Assembly (NCBI GenBank): GCA_964016885.1 | Contig: OZ024740.1 | Coordinates: forward strand, 16,182,001-16,246,000 | DNA: 64,000 nucleotides | Direction: 5' to 3' | From: Eledone cirrhosa | Lineage: Eukaryota | Shown here: positions 14,011-26,900 of the stretch, piece after piece | Layout of the letters: every line of letters begins with the position of its first letter | Numbering within the stretch: the stretch's first letter is position 1 | Notes under the pieces: generated by a model | Database searches by the model: none | What the model saw: the letters and a program-made list of their open reading frames with translations, nothing else | Told to the model about the DNA's origin: nothing | Position numbers and translations under genes: made by a program

Positions 14011-15460
14011 AGGTCTTTAGAGGAGAAACTCTCAGGAGAGCTGGACAGCAGAAGGTCTTCAGAGAAGAAACTCTCAGGAGAGCTGGACAGCAGAAGGTCT
14101 TCAGAGAAGAAACTCTCAGGAGAGCTGGACAGCAGAAGGTCTTCAGAGAAGAAACTGTCAGGAGAGCTGGACAGCAGAAGGTCTTTAGAGAAGAAACTCT
14201 CAGGAGAGCTGGACAGCAGAAGGTCTTCAGAGAAGAAACTGTCAGGAGAGCTGGACAGCAGAAGGTCTTTAGAGAAGAAACTCTCAGGAGGGCTAGACAG
14301 CAGAAGGTCTTCAGAGAAGAAACTGTCAGGAGAGCTGGACAGCAGAAGGTCTTTAGAGAAGAAACTGTCAGAAGAGCTGGACATCAGAAGGTCTTTAGAG
14401 AAGAAACGCTCAGGAGAGATAGACAGCAGAAGGTCTTCAGAGAAGAAACTCTCAGGAGAACTGGATAGCAGAAGGTCTTCAGAGAAGAAACTCTCAGGAG
14501 AGCTGGACAGCAGAAGGTCTTTAGAGAAGAAACTCTCAGGAGGGCTAGACAGCAGAAGGTCTTCAGAGAAGAAACTGTCAGGAGAGCTGGACAGCAGAAG
14601 GTCTTTAGAGAAGAAACTGTCAGGAGAGCTGGACATCAGAAGGTCTTTAGAGAAGAAACTCTCAGGAGAGCTGGACAGCAGAAGGTCTTCAGAGAAGAAA
14701 CTGTCAGGAGAGCTGGACAGCAGAAGGTCTTCAGAGAAGAAACTCTCAGGAGAGCTGGACAGCAGAAGGTCTTCAGAGAAGAAACTGTGAGGAGAGCTGT
14801 ACAGTAGGTCTTCAGAGAAGAAACTCTCAGGCGAGCTGGACAGCAGAAGGTCTTCAGAGAAGAAACTCTCAGGAGAGCTAGACAGCAGAAGGTCTTCAGA
14901 GGAGAAACTCTCAGGAGAGATAGACAGCAGAAGGTCTTTAGAGGAGAAACTCTCAGGAGAGCTGGACAGCAGAAGGTCTTCAGAGAAGAAACTCTCAGGA
15001 GAGCTGGACAGCAGAAGGTCTTCAGAGAAGAAACTCTCAGGAGAGCTGGACAGCAGAAGGTCTTCAGAGAAGAAACTGTCAGGAGAGCTGGACAGCAGAA
15101 GGTCTTTAGAGAAGAAACTCTCAGGAGAGCTGGACAGCAGAAGGTCTTCAGAGAAGAAACTGTCAGGAGAGCTGGACAGCAGAAGGTCTTTAGAGAAGAA
15201 ACTCTCAGGAGGGCTAGACAGCAGAAGGTCTTCAGAGAAGAAACTGTCAGGAGAGCTGGACAGCAGAAGGTCTTTAGAGAAGAAACTGTCAGGAGAGCTG
15301 GACATCAGAAGGTCTTTAGAGAAGAAACGCTCAGGAGAGATAGACAGCAGAAGGTCTTCAGAGAAGAAACTCTCAGGAGAACTGGATAGCAGAAGGTCTT
15401 CAGAGAAGAAACTCTCAGGAGAGCTGGACAGCAGAAGGTCTTTAGAGAAGAAACTCTCAG
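11143..15460 (+). repeat. 921-bp higher-order repeat (22 monomers = 21x42 + 39): three full and two partial copies
   Basis: Landmark CTGTGAGGAGAGCTGTACAGTAGG at 11143, 12064, 12943, 13864 and 14785, giving spacings of 921, 879, 921 and 921. Shared internal markers are AAACGCTCAGG, GGAGGGCTAG, GGACATCAG and CAGGCGAG. Confidence 0.92.
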
Positions 15461-15754
15461 GAGAGCTGGACAGCAGAAGGTCTTCAGAGAAGAAACTGTC
15501 AGGAGAGCTGGACAGCAGAAGGTCTTCAGAGAAGAAACTCTCAGGAGAGCTAGACAGCAGAAGGTCTTCAGAGAAGATACTCTCAGGAGAGCTGGACAGC
15601 AGAAGGTCTTCAGAGAAGAAACTCTCGGGAGAGCTGGACAGCAGAAGGTCTTTAGACAAGAAACTGTCAGGAGAGCTGGACAGCAGAATGTCTTTAGAGA
15701 AGAAACTCTCAGGAGAGCTGGAGAGCAGAAGGTCTTCAGAGAAGAAACTGTCAG

Positions 15755-18700
15755 GAGAGCTGGACAGCAGAAGGTCTTCAGAGAAGAAACTCTTAGGAGA
15801 GCTGGATAGCAGAAGGTCTTCAGAGAAGAAACTCTCGGGAGAGCTGGACAGCAGAAGGTCTTTAGAGAAGAAACTCTCAGGAGAGCTGGATAGCAGAAGG
15901 TCTTCAGAGAAGAAACTTTCGGGAGAGCTGGACAGCAGAAGGTCTTCAGAGAAGAAACTCTCAGGAGAGCTGGACAGCAGAAGGTCTTTAGAGAAGAAAC
16001 TCTCAGGATAGCTAGACAGAAGAAGGTCTTCAGAGAAGAAACTCTCAGGAGAGCTGGACAGCAGAAGGTCTTCAGAGAAGAAACTCTCAGGAGAGCTGGA
16101 CAGCAGAAGGTCTTTAGAGAAGAAACTCTCAGGAGAGCGAGACAGCAGAATGTCTTCAGAGAAGAAACTCTCCGGAGAGCTGGACAGCAGAAGGTCTTCA
16201 GAGGAGAAATTCTGAGGAGAACTGGACAGCAGAAGGTCTTCAGAGAAGAAACTCTGAGAAGGGTTGTACAGTAGGTCTTCAGAGAAGAAACTCTCAGGAG
16301 AGCTGGTCAGCAGAAGGTCTTCAGAGAAGAAACTCTTAGGAGAGCTGGAGAGCAGAAGGTCTTTAGATAAGAAACTCTCAGGAGAGCTGGACAGCAGAAG
16401 GTCTTCAGAGAAGAAACTCTCAGGAGAGCTGGACAGCAGAAGGTCTTCAGAGAAGAAACTCTCAGGAGAGCTGGACAGCAGAAGGTCTTCAGAAAAGAAA
16501 CTCTCAGGAGAGCTAGACAGCAGAAGGTCTTCAGAGAAGAAACTCTCACGAGAGCTGGACAGCAGAAGGTCTTCAGAGGAGAAGCTCTGAGGAGAGCTGG
16601 ACAGCAGAAGGTCTTCAGAGAAGAAACTCTGAGGAGAGCTGGACAGCAGAAGGTCTTCAGAGAAGAAACTCTGAGGAGAGCTGTGCAGTAGGTCTTCAGA
16701 GAAGAAACTCTTAGGAGAGCTGGACAGCAGAAGGTCTTCAGAGAAGAAACTCTGAGGAGAGCTGTGCAGTAGGTCTTCAGAGAAGAAACTCTTAGGAGAG
16801 CTGGACAGCAGAAGGTCTTCAGAGAAGAAACTCTCAGGAGAGCTGGACAGTAGAAGGTCTTCAGAGAAGAAACTGTCAGGAGAGCTGGACAGCAGAAGGT
16901 CTTCAGAGAAGAATCTCTCAGGAGTACTGGACAGCAGAAGGTCTTCAGAGAAGAAACTCTCGGGAGAGCTGGACAGCAGAAGGTCTTCAGAGAAGAAACT
17001 CTCAGGAGAGCTAGACAGCAGAAGGTCTTCAGAGATGAAACTGTCAGGAGAGCTGGACTGTAGGTCTTCAGAGAAGAAACTCTCGGGAGAGCTGCACAGC
17101 AGAAGGTCTTTAGAGAAGAAACTCTCAGGAGAGCTGGACATCAGAAGGTCTTCAGAAAAGAAACTGTCAGGAGACCTGGACAGCAGAAGGTCTTTACAGA
17201 AGAAACTCTCAGGAGAGCTGAACAGCAGAAGGTCTTTAGAGAAGAAACTCTCAGGAGAGCTGGACAGCAGAAGGTCTTCAGAGAAGAAACTGTCAGGAGC
17301 GCTGCACAGCAGAAGGTCTTCAGAGAAGAAACTCTCAGGAGAGCTGGACAGCAGAAGGTCTTCAGAAAAGAAACTCTCAGGAGAGCTAGACAGCAGAAGG
17401 TCTTCAGAGAAGAAACTCTCACGAGAGCTGGACAGCAGAAGGTCTTCAGAGGAGAAGCTCTCGGGAGAGCTGTACAGCAGAAGGTCTTCAGAGAAGAAAC
17501 TCTCAGGAGAGCTGGACAGCAGAAGGTCTTCAGAGAAGAAACTGTCAGGAGAGCTGGACAGCGGAAGGTCTTCAAAGAAGAAACTCTCAGGAGAGCTGAA
17601 CAGCAGAAAGTCTTTAGAGAAGAAACTCTCAGGAGAGCTAGACAGCAGAAGGTCTTCAGAGAAGAAATTGTCATGAGAGCTGGACAGCAGAAGGTCTTTA
17701 GAGAAGAAACTCTCAGGAGAGCTGGACAGCAGAAGGTCTTCAGAGAAGAAACTCTCAGGACAGCTGGATAGTAGAAGGTCTTTAGAGAAGAAACTCTCAG
17801 GAGAGCTGGACAGCAGGAGGTCTTCAGAAAAGAATCTCTCATGACAGCTGGACAGCAGAAGGTCTTCAGAGAAGAAACTCTCAGGAGAGCTAGACAGCAG
17901 AAGGACTTCAGAGCAGAAACTCTAGGGAGAGCTGGACAGCAGAAGGTCTTCAGTGAAGAAACTCAGGAGAGCTAGACAGCAGAAGGTCTTCAGAGAAGAA
18001 ACTGTCAGGAAAGCTGGACAGCAGAAGGTCTTCAGAGAAGAAACTCTCAGGAGAGCTAGACAGCAGAAGGTCTTCAGAGTAGAAACTCTCAGGAGAGCTG
18101 GACAGCAGAAGGGCTTCAGAGAAGAATCTCTCAGGAGAGCTGGATAGCAGAAGGTCTTCAGAGAAGAAACTGTCAGGAGAGCTGGACAGCAGAAGGTCGT
18201 TAGAGAAGAAACTCTCAGGAGAGCTGGACAGCAGAAGGTCTTCAGAGAAGAAACTGTCAGGAGAGCTGGACAGCAGAAGGTCTTCAGAGAAGATACTCTC
18301 ACGAGAGCTGGACAGCAGAAGGTCTTCAGAGAAGAAACTCTCAGGAGAGCTGGACAGCAGAAGGTCTTCAGAGAAGAAACTCTCAGGAGAGCTGGACAGC
18401 AGAAGGTCTTTAGAGGAAAAACTCTCAGGAGAGCTAGACAGCAGAAGGTCTTCAGAGAAGAAACTCTCCGGAGAGCTGGACAGCAGAAGATCTTCAGAGA
18501 AGAAACTCTGAGGAGAGCTGGACAGCAGAAGGTCTTCAGAGAAGAAACTCTGAGAAGAGTTGTACAGTAGGTCTTCAGAGAAGAAACTCTCAGGAGAGCT
18601 GGACAGCAGAAGGTCTTCAGAGAAGAAACTCTCAGGAGAGCTAGACAGCAGAAGGTCTTCAGAGGAGTAACTCTCAGGAGAGATAGACAGCAGAAGGTCT

Positions 18701-21700
18701 TCAGAGAAGAAACTCTCAGGAGAGCTGGACAGCATAAGGTCTTCAGAGAAGAAACTCTCAGGAGAGCTGGACAGCAGAAGGTGTTCAGAGAAGAAACTCT
18801 CGGGAGAGCTGGACAGCAGAAGGTCTTTAGAGAAGAAACTCTCAGGAAGGCTAGACAGCAGAAGGTCTTCAGAATACAAACTGTCATGAGAGTTGGACAG
18901 CAGAAGGTCTTTAGAGAAGAAACTGTCAGGAGATCTGGACAGCAGAAGGTCTTTAGAGAAGATACTCTCACGAGAGCTGGACAGCAGAAGGTCTTCAGAG
19001 AAGAAACTCTCAGGAGAGCTGGACAGCAGAAGGTCTTCAGAGAAGAAACTGTCAGGAGAGCTGGACAGCAGAAGGTCTTTAGAGAAGAAACTCTCAGGAG
19101 AGCTGAACAGCAGAAAGTCTTTAGAGCAGAAACTCTCAGGAGAGCTAGACAGCAGAAGGTCTTCAGAGAAGAAACTGTCATGAGAGCTGGACAGCAGAAG
19201 GTCTTTACAGAAGAAACTCTCAGGAGAGCTGGACAGCAGAAGGTCTTCAGAGAAGAAACTCTCAGGACAGCTGGACAGTAGAGGGTCTTTAGAGAAGAAA
19301 CTCTCAGGAGAGCTGGACAGCAGGAGGTCTTCAGAAAAGAATCTCTCATGACAGCTGGACAGCAGAAGGTCTTCAGAGAAGAAACTCTCAGGAGAGCGAG
19401 ACAGCAGAAGGACTTCAGAGCAGAAACTCTAGGGAGAGCCGGACAGCAGAAGGTCTACAGTGAAGAAACTCAGGAGAGCTAGACAGCAGAAGGTCTTCAG
19501 AGAAGAAACTGTCAGGAAAGCTGGACAGCAGAAGGTCTTCAGAGAAGAAACTCTCAGGAGAGCTAGACAGCAGAATGTCTTCAGAGTAGAAACTCTAAGG
19601 AGAGCTGGACAGCAGAAGGGCTTCAGAGAAGAAACTGTCAGGAGAGCTGGACAGCAGAAGGTCTTCAGAGAAGATACTCTCACGATAGCTGGACAGCAGA
19701 AGGTCTTCAGAAAAGAATCTCTCATGACAGCTGGACGGCAGAAGGTCTTCAGAGAAGAAACTCTCAGGAGAGCTAGACAGCAGAAGGACTTCAGAGCAGA
19801 AACTCTAGGGAGAGCTGGACAGCAGAAGGTCTACAGTGAAGAAACTCAGGAGAGCTAGACAGCAGAAGGTCTTCAGAGAAGAAACTGTCAGGAAAGCTGG
19901 ACAGCTGAAGGTCTTCAGAGAAGAAACTCTCAGGAGAGCTAGACAGCAGAAGGTCTTCAGAGTAGAAACTTTAAGGAGAGCTGGACAGCAGAAGGGCTTC
20001 AGAGAAGAATCTCTCAGGAGAGCTGGATAGCAGAAGGTCTTCAGAGAAGAAACTGTCAGGAGAGCTGGACAGCAGAAGGTCGTTAGAGAAGAAACTCTCA
20101 GGAGAGCTGGACAGCAGAAGGTCTTCAGAGAAGAAACTCAGGAGAGCTAGACAGCAGAAGGTCTTCAGAGAAGAAACTGTCAGGAGAGCTGGACAGCAGA
20201 AGGTCTTTAGAGAAGAAACTGTCAGGAGAGCTGGACAGCAGAAGGTCGTTAGAGAAGAAACTCTCAGGAGAGCTGGACAGCAGAAGGTCTTCAGAGAAGA
20301 AACTGTCAGGAGAGCTGGACAGCAGAAGGTCTTCAGAGAAGATACTCTCACGAGAGCTGGACAGCAGAAGGTCTTCAGAGAAGAAACTCTCAGGAGAGCT
20401 GGACAGCAGAAGGTCTTCAGAGAAGAAACTCTCAGGAGAGCTGGACAGCAGAAGGTCTTTAGAGGAGAAACTCTCAGGAGAGCTAGACAGCAGAAGGTCT
20501 TCAGAGAAGAAACTCTCAGAAGAGCTGGACAGCAGAAGGTCTTCAGAGGAGAAACTCTCAGGAGAGCTGGACAGCAGAAGGTCTTCAGAGAAGAAACTCT
20601 CAGGAGAGCTGGACAGCAGAAGGTCTTTAGAGGAGAAACTCTCAGGAGAGCTAGACAGCAGAAGGTCTTCAGAGAAGAAACTCTCCGGAGAGCTGGACAG
20701 CAGAAGGTCTTCAGAGAAGAAACTCTGAGGAGAGCTGGACAGCAGAAGGTCTTCAGAGAAGAAACTCTGAGAAGAGTTGTACAGTAGGTCTTCCGAGAAG
20801 AAACTCTCAGGAGAGCTGGACAGCAGAAGGTCTTCAGAGAAGAAACTCTCAGGAGAGCTAGACAGCAGAAGGTCTTCAGAGGAGTAACTCTCAGGAGAGA
20901 TAGACAGCAGAAGGTCTTCAGAGAAGAAACTCTCAGAAGAGCTGGACAGCAGAAGGTCTTCAGAGGAGAAACTCTCAGGAGAGCTGGACAGCAGAAGGTC
21001 TTCAGAGAAGAAACTCTTAGGAGAGCTGGATAGCAGAAGGTCTTCAGAGAAGAAACTCTCGGGAGAGCTGGACAGCAGAAGGTCTTTAGTGAAGAAACTC
21101 TCAGGAAGGCTAGACAGCAGAAGGTCTTCAGAATACAAACTGCCATGAGAGTTGGACAGCAGAAGGTCTATAGAGAAGAAACTGTCAGGAGAGCTGGACA
21201 GCAGAAGCTCTTTAGAGAAGAAACTCTCAGGAGAGCTGGACAGCAGAAGGTCTTCAGAGAAGAAACTGTCAGGAGAGCTGGACAGCAGAAGGTCTTCAGA
21301 GAAGAAACTGTCAGGAGAGCTGGACAGCAGAAGGTCTTTAGAGAAGAAACTGTCAGGAGAGCTGGACAGCAGAAGGTCGTTAGAGAAGAAACTCTCAGGA
21401 GAGCTTGACAGCAGAAGGTCTTCAGAGAAGAAACTGTCAGGAGAGCTGGACAGCAGAAGGTCTTCAGAGAAGATACTCTCACGATAGCTGGACAGCAGAA
21501 GGTCTTCAGAGAAGAAACTCTCAGGAGAGCTGGACAGCAGAAGGTCTTCAGAGAAGAAACTCTCAGGAGAGCTGGACAGCAGAAGGTCTTTAGAGGAGAA
21601 ACTCTCAGGAGAGCTAGACAGCAGAAGGTCTTCAGAAAAGAATCTCTAATGACAGCTGGACGGCAGAAGGTCTTCAGAGAAGAAACTCTCAGGAGAGCTA

Positions 21701-23940
21701 GACAGCAGAAGGACTTCAGAGCAGAAACTCTAGGGAGAGCTGGACAGCAGAAGGTCTACAGTGAAGAAACTCAGGAGAGCTAGACAGCAGAAGGTCTTCA
21801 GAGAAGAAACTGTCAGGAAAGCTGGACAGCAGAAGGTCTTCAGAGAAGAAACTCTCAGGAGAGCTAGACAGCAGAAGGTCTTCAGAGTAGAAACTCTAAG
21901 GAGAGCTGGACAGCAGAAGGGCTTCAGAGAAGAATCTCTCAGGAGAGCTGGATAGCAGAAGGTCTTCAGAGAAGAAACTGTCAGGAGAGCTGGACAGCAG
22001 AAGGTCGTTAGAGAAGAAACTCTCAGGAGAGCTGGACAGCAGAAGGTCTTCAGAGAAGAAACACAGGAGAGCTAGACAGCAGAAGGTCTTCAGAGAAGAA
22101 ACTGTCAGGAGAGCTGGACAGCAGAAGGTCGTTAGAGAAGAAACTCTCAGGAGAGCTGGACAGCAGAAGGTCTTCAGAGAAGAAACTGTCAGGAGAGCTG
22201 GACAGCAGAAGGTCTTCAGAGAAGATACTCTCACGAGAGCTGGACAGCAGAAGGTCTTCAGAGAAGAAACTCTCAGGAGAGCTGGACAGCAGAAGGTCTT
22301 CAGAGAAGAAACTCTCAGGAGAGCTGGACAGCAGAAGGTCTTCAGAGAAGAAACTCTCCGGAGAGCTGGACAGCAGAAGGTCTTCAGAGAAGAAACTCTG
22401 AGGAGAGCTGGACAGCAGAAGGTCTTCAGAGAAGAAACTCTGAGAAGAGTTGTACAGTAGGTCTTCCGAGAAGAAACTCTCAGGAGAGCTGGACAGCAGA
22501 AGGTCTTCAGAGAAGAAACTCTCAGGAGAGCTAGACAGCAGAAGGTCTTCAGAGGAGTAACTCTCAGGAGAGATAGACAGCAGAAGGTCTTCAGAGAAGA
22601 AACTCTCAGAAGAGCTAGACAGCAGAAGGTCTTCAGAGGAGAATCTCTCAGGAGAGCTGGACAGCAGAAGGTCTTCAGAGAAGAAACTGTTAGGAGAGCT
22701 GGATAGCAGAAGGTCTTCAGAGAAGAAACTCTCGGGAGAGCTGGACAGCAGAAGGTCTTTAGAGAAGAAACTCTCAGGAAGGCTAGACAGCAGAAGGTCT
22801 TCAGAATACAAACTGCCATGAGAGTTGGACAGCAGAAGGTCTATAGAGAAGAAACTGTCAGGAGAGCTGGACAGCAGATGCTCTTTAGAGAAGAAACTCT
22901 CAGGAGAGCTGGACAGCAGAAGGTCTTCAGAGAAGAAACTGTCAGGAGAGCTGGACAGCAGAAGGTCTTCAGAGAAGAAACTCTCAGGAGAGCTAGACAG
23001 CAGAAGGTCTTCAGAGTAGAAACTCTAAGGAGAGCTGGACAGCAGAAGGGCTTCAGAGAAGAATCTCTCAGGAGAGCTGGATAGCAGAAGGTCTTCAGAG
23101 AAGAAACTGTCAGGAGAGCTGGACAGCAGAAGGTCGTTAGAGAAGAAACTCTCAGGAGAGCTGGACAACAGAAGGTCTTCAGAGAAGAAACTCAGGAGAG
23201 CTAGACAGCAGAAGGTCTTCAGAGAAGAAACTGTCAGGAGAGCTGGACAGCAGAAGGTCTTTAGAGAAGAAACTGTCAGGAGAGCTGGACAGCAGAAGGT
23301 CGTTAGAGAAGAAACTCTCAGGAGAGCTGGACAGCAGAAGGTCTTCAGAGAAGAAACTGTCAGGAGAGCTGGACAGCAGAAGGTCTTCAGAGAAGATACT
23401 CTCACGAGAGCTGGACAGCAGAAGGTCTTCAGAGAAGAAACTCTCAGGAGAGCTGGACAGCAGAAGGTCTTCAGAGAAGAAACTCTCAGGAGAGCTGGAC
23501 AGCAGAAGGTCTTTAGAGGAGAAACTCTCAGGAGAGCTAGACAGCAGAAGGTCTTCAGAAAAGAATCTCTCATGACAGCTGGACAGCAGAAGGTCTTCAG
23601 AGAAGGAACTCTCAGGAGAGCTAGACAGCAGAAGGACTTCAGAGCAGAAACTCTAGGGAGAGCTGGACAGCAGAAGGTCTACAGTGAAGAAACTCAGGAG
23701 AGCTAGACAGCAGAATGTCTTCAGAGAAGAAACTGTCAGGAAAGCTGGACAGCAGAAGGTCTTCAGAGAAGAAACTCTCACGAGAGCTAGACAGCAGAAG
23801 GTCTTCAGAGTAGAAACTCTAAGGAGAGCTGGACAGCAGAAGGGCTTCAGAGGAGAATCTCTCAGGAGAGCTGGATAGCAGAAGGTCTTCAGAGAAGAAA
23901 CTGTCAGGAGAGCTGGACAGCAGAAGGTCGTGAGAGAAGA
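15755..23940 (+). repeat. Copy B of the large duplication, with an extra internal ~1.9-kb module (~19720-21640 vs ~21640-23570)
   Basis: Marker order matches 70-6900. The internal offset is 1925/1923 (ORF starts 19836, 21761, 23684). Confidence 0.8.
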
Positions 23941-26900
23941 AACTCTCAGGAGAGCTGGACAGCAGAAGGTCTTCAGAGAAGATACTCTCACGAGAGCTGG
24001 ACAGCAGAAGGTCTTCAGAGAAGAAACTCTCAGGAGAGCTGGACAGCAGAAGGTCTTCAGAGAAGAAACTCTCAGGAGAGCTGGACAGCAGAAGGTCTTT
24101 TGAGGAGAAATTCTCAGGAGAGCTAGACAGCAGAAGGTCTTCAGAGAAGAAACTCTCCGGAGAGCTGGACAGCAGAAGGTCTTCAGAGAAGAAACTCTGA
24201 GGAGAGCTGGACAGCAGAAGGTCTTCAGAGAAGAAACTCTGAGAAGAGTTGTACAGTAAGTCTTCAGAGAAGAAACTCTCAGGAGAGCTGGACAGCAGAA
24301 GGTCTTCAGAGAAGAAACTCTCAGGAGAGCTAGACAGCAGAAGGTCTTCAGAGGAGTAACTCTCAGGAGAGATAGACAGCAGAAGGTCTTCAGAGAAGAA
24401 ACTCTCAGGAGAGCTGGACAGCAGAAGGTCTTCAGAGAAGAAACTCTCAGGAGAGCTGGACAGCAGAAGGTCTTCAGAGAAGAAACTCTTAGGAGAGCTG
24501 GATAGCAGAAGGTCTTCAGAGAAGAAACTCTCGGGAGAGCTGGACAGCAGAAGGTCTTTAGAGAAGAAACTCTCAGGAAGGCTAGACAGCAGAAGGTCTT
24601 CAGAATACAAACTGCCATGAGAGTTGGACAGCAGAAGGTCTTTAGAGAAGAAACTGTCAGGAGAGCTGGACAGCAGAAGGTCTTTAGAGAAGAAACTGTC
24701 AGGAGAGCTGGACAGCAGAAGGTCTTCAGAGAAGAAACTCTTAGGAGAGCTGGATAGCAGAAGGTCTTCAGAGAAGAAACTCTCAGGAGAGCTGGACAGC
24801 AGAAGGTCTTTAGAGAAGAAACTCTCAGGAGAGCTGGATAGCAGAAGGTCTTCAGAGAAGAAACATTCGGGAGAGCTTGACAGCAGAAGGTCTTTAGAGA
24901 AGAAACTCTAAGGAGAGCTAGACAGCAGAAGGTCTTCAGAGAAGAAACTCTCAGGAGAGCTGGACAGCAGAAGGTCTTTAGAGAAGAAACTCTCAGGAGA
25001 GCTAGACAGCAGAAAGTCTTCAGAGAAGAAACTCTCAGGAGAGCTGGACAGCAGAAGGTCTTCAGAGAAGAAACTCTCAGGAGAGCTGGACAGCAGAAGG
25101 TCTTTAGAGAAGAAACTCTCAGGAGAGCGAGACAGCAGAATGTCTTCAGAGAAGAAACTCTCCGCAGAGCTGGACAGCAGAAGGTCTTCAGAGAAGAAAC
25201 TCTGAGGGGAGCTGGACAGCAGAAGGTCTTCAGAGAAGAAACTCTGAGAAGTGTTGTACAGTAGGTCTTCAGAGAAGAAACTGTCAGGAGAGCTGGACAG
25301 CAGAAGGTCTTCAGAGAAGAAACTCTCAGGAGAGATGGACAGCAGAAGGTCTTTAGAGAAGAAACTCTCAGGAGAGCTAGACAGCAGAAGGTCTTCATAG
25401 AAGAAACATTTCAGGAGAGCTGGATAGCAGAAGGTCTTCAGAGAAGAAACTCTCAGGAGAGCTGGACAGCAGGAGGTCTTCAGAAAAGAATCGCTCATGA
25501 GAGCTGGACAGCAGAAGGTCTTCAGAGAAGAAACTCTCAGGAGAGCTAGACAGCAGAAGGTCTTCAGAGAAGAAACTGTCAGGAAAGCTGGACAGCAGAA
25601 GGTCTTCAGAGAAGAAACTCTCAGGAGAGCTAGACAGCAGAAGGTCTTCAGAGTAGAAACTCTCAGGAGAGCTGGACAGCAGAAGGGCTTCAGAGAAGAA
25701 TCTCTCAGGAGAGCTGGACAGCAGAAGGTCTTCAGAGAAGAAACTCTCAGGAGAGCTAGACAGCAGAAGGTCTTCAGAGAAGATACTCTCACGAGAGCTG
25801 GACAGCAGAAGGTCTTCAGAGAAGAAACTCTCAGGAGAGCTGGACAGCAGAAGGTCTTCAGAGAAGAAATTCTCAGGAGAGCTGGACAGCAGAAGGTCTT
25901 TAGAGGAGAAACTCTCAGGAGAGCTAGACAGCAGAAGGTCTTCAGAGAAGAAACTCTCCGGAGAGCTGGACATCAGAAGGTCTTCAGAGAAGAAACTCTG
26001 AGGAGAGCTGGACAGCAGAAGGTCTTCAGAGAAGAAACTGTCAGGAGAGCTGGACAGCAGAAGGTCTTCACAGAAGAAACTCTTAGGAGAGCTGGATAGC
26101 AGAAGGTCTTCAGAGACGAAACTCTAAGGAGAGCTGGACAGCAGAAGGTCTTTAGAGAAGAAACTCTCAGGAGAGCTGGATAGCAGAAGGTCTTCAGAGA
26201 AGAAACTTTCGGGAGAGCTGGACAGCAGAAGGTCTTTAGAGAAGAAACTCTCAGGAGAGCTAGACAGCAGAAGGTCTTCAGAGAAGAAACTCTCAGGAGA
26301 GCTGGACAGCAGCAGGTCTTCAGAGAAGAAACTCTCAGGAGAGCTGGACAGCAGAAGGTCTTCAGAGAAGAAACTCTCAGGAGAGCTGGTCAGCAGAAGG
26401 TCTTCAGAGAAGAAACTCTTAGGAGAGCTGGATAGTAGAAGGTCTTCAGAGAAGAAACTCTCGGGAGAGCTGGACAGCAGAAGGTCTTTAGAGAAGAAAC
26501 TCTCAGGAGAGCTAGACAGCAGAAGGTCTTCATAGAAGAAACACTCAGGAGAGCTGGACAGCAGAAGGTCTTCAGAGAAGAAACTCTTAGGAGAGCTGGA
26601 TAGCAGAAGGTCTTCAGAAAAGAAACTCTCAGGAGAGCTGGACAGCAGAAGGTCTTTAGAGAAGAATCTCTCAGGAAAGCTGGATAGCAGAAGGTCTTCA
26701 GAGAAGAAACTGTCAGGAGAGCTGGACAGCAGAAGGTCGTTAGAGAAGAAACTCTCAGGAGAGCTGGACAACAGAAGGTCTTCAGAGAAGAAACTCAGGA
26801 GAGCTAGACAGCAGAAGGTCTTCAGAGAAGAAACTGTCAGGAGAGCTGGACAGCAGAAGGTCTTTAGAGAAGAAACTGTCAGGAGAGCTGGACAGCAGAA

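Noticed and set aside
23653-25398. Cys-rich minus-strand protein (KTFCCPALLRVSSL repeats) as a keratin-associated or metallothionein-like gene
   Set aside because: It is an alternative frame of the same satellite. The common variants are non-synonymous in this frame, and the ORF limits are set by random stops and frameshifts.
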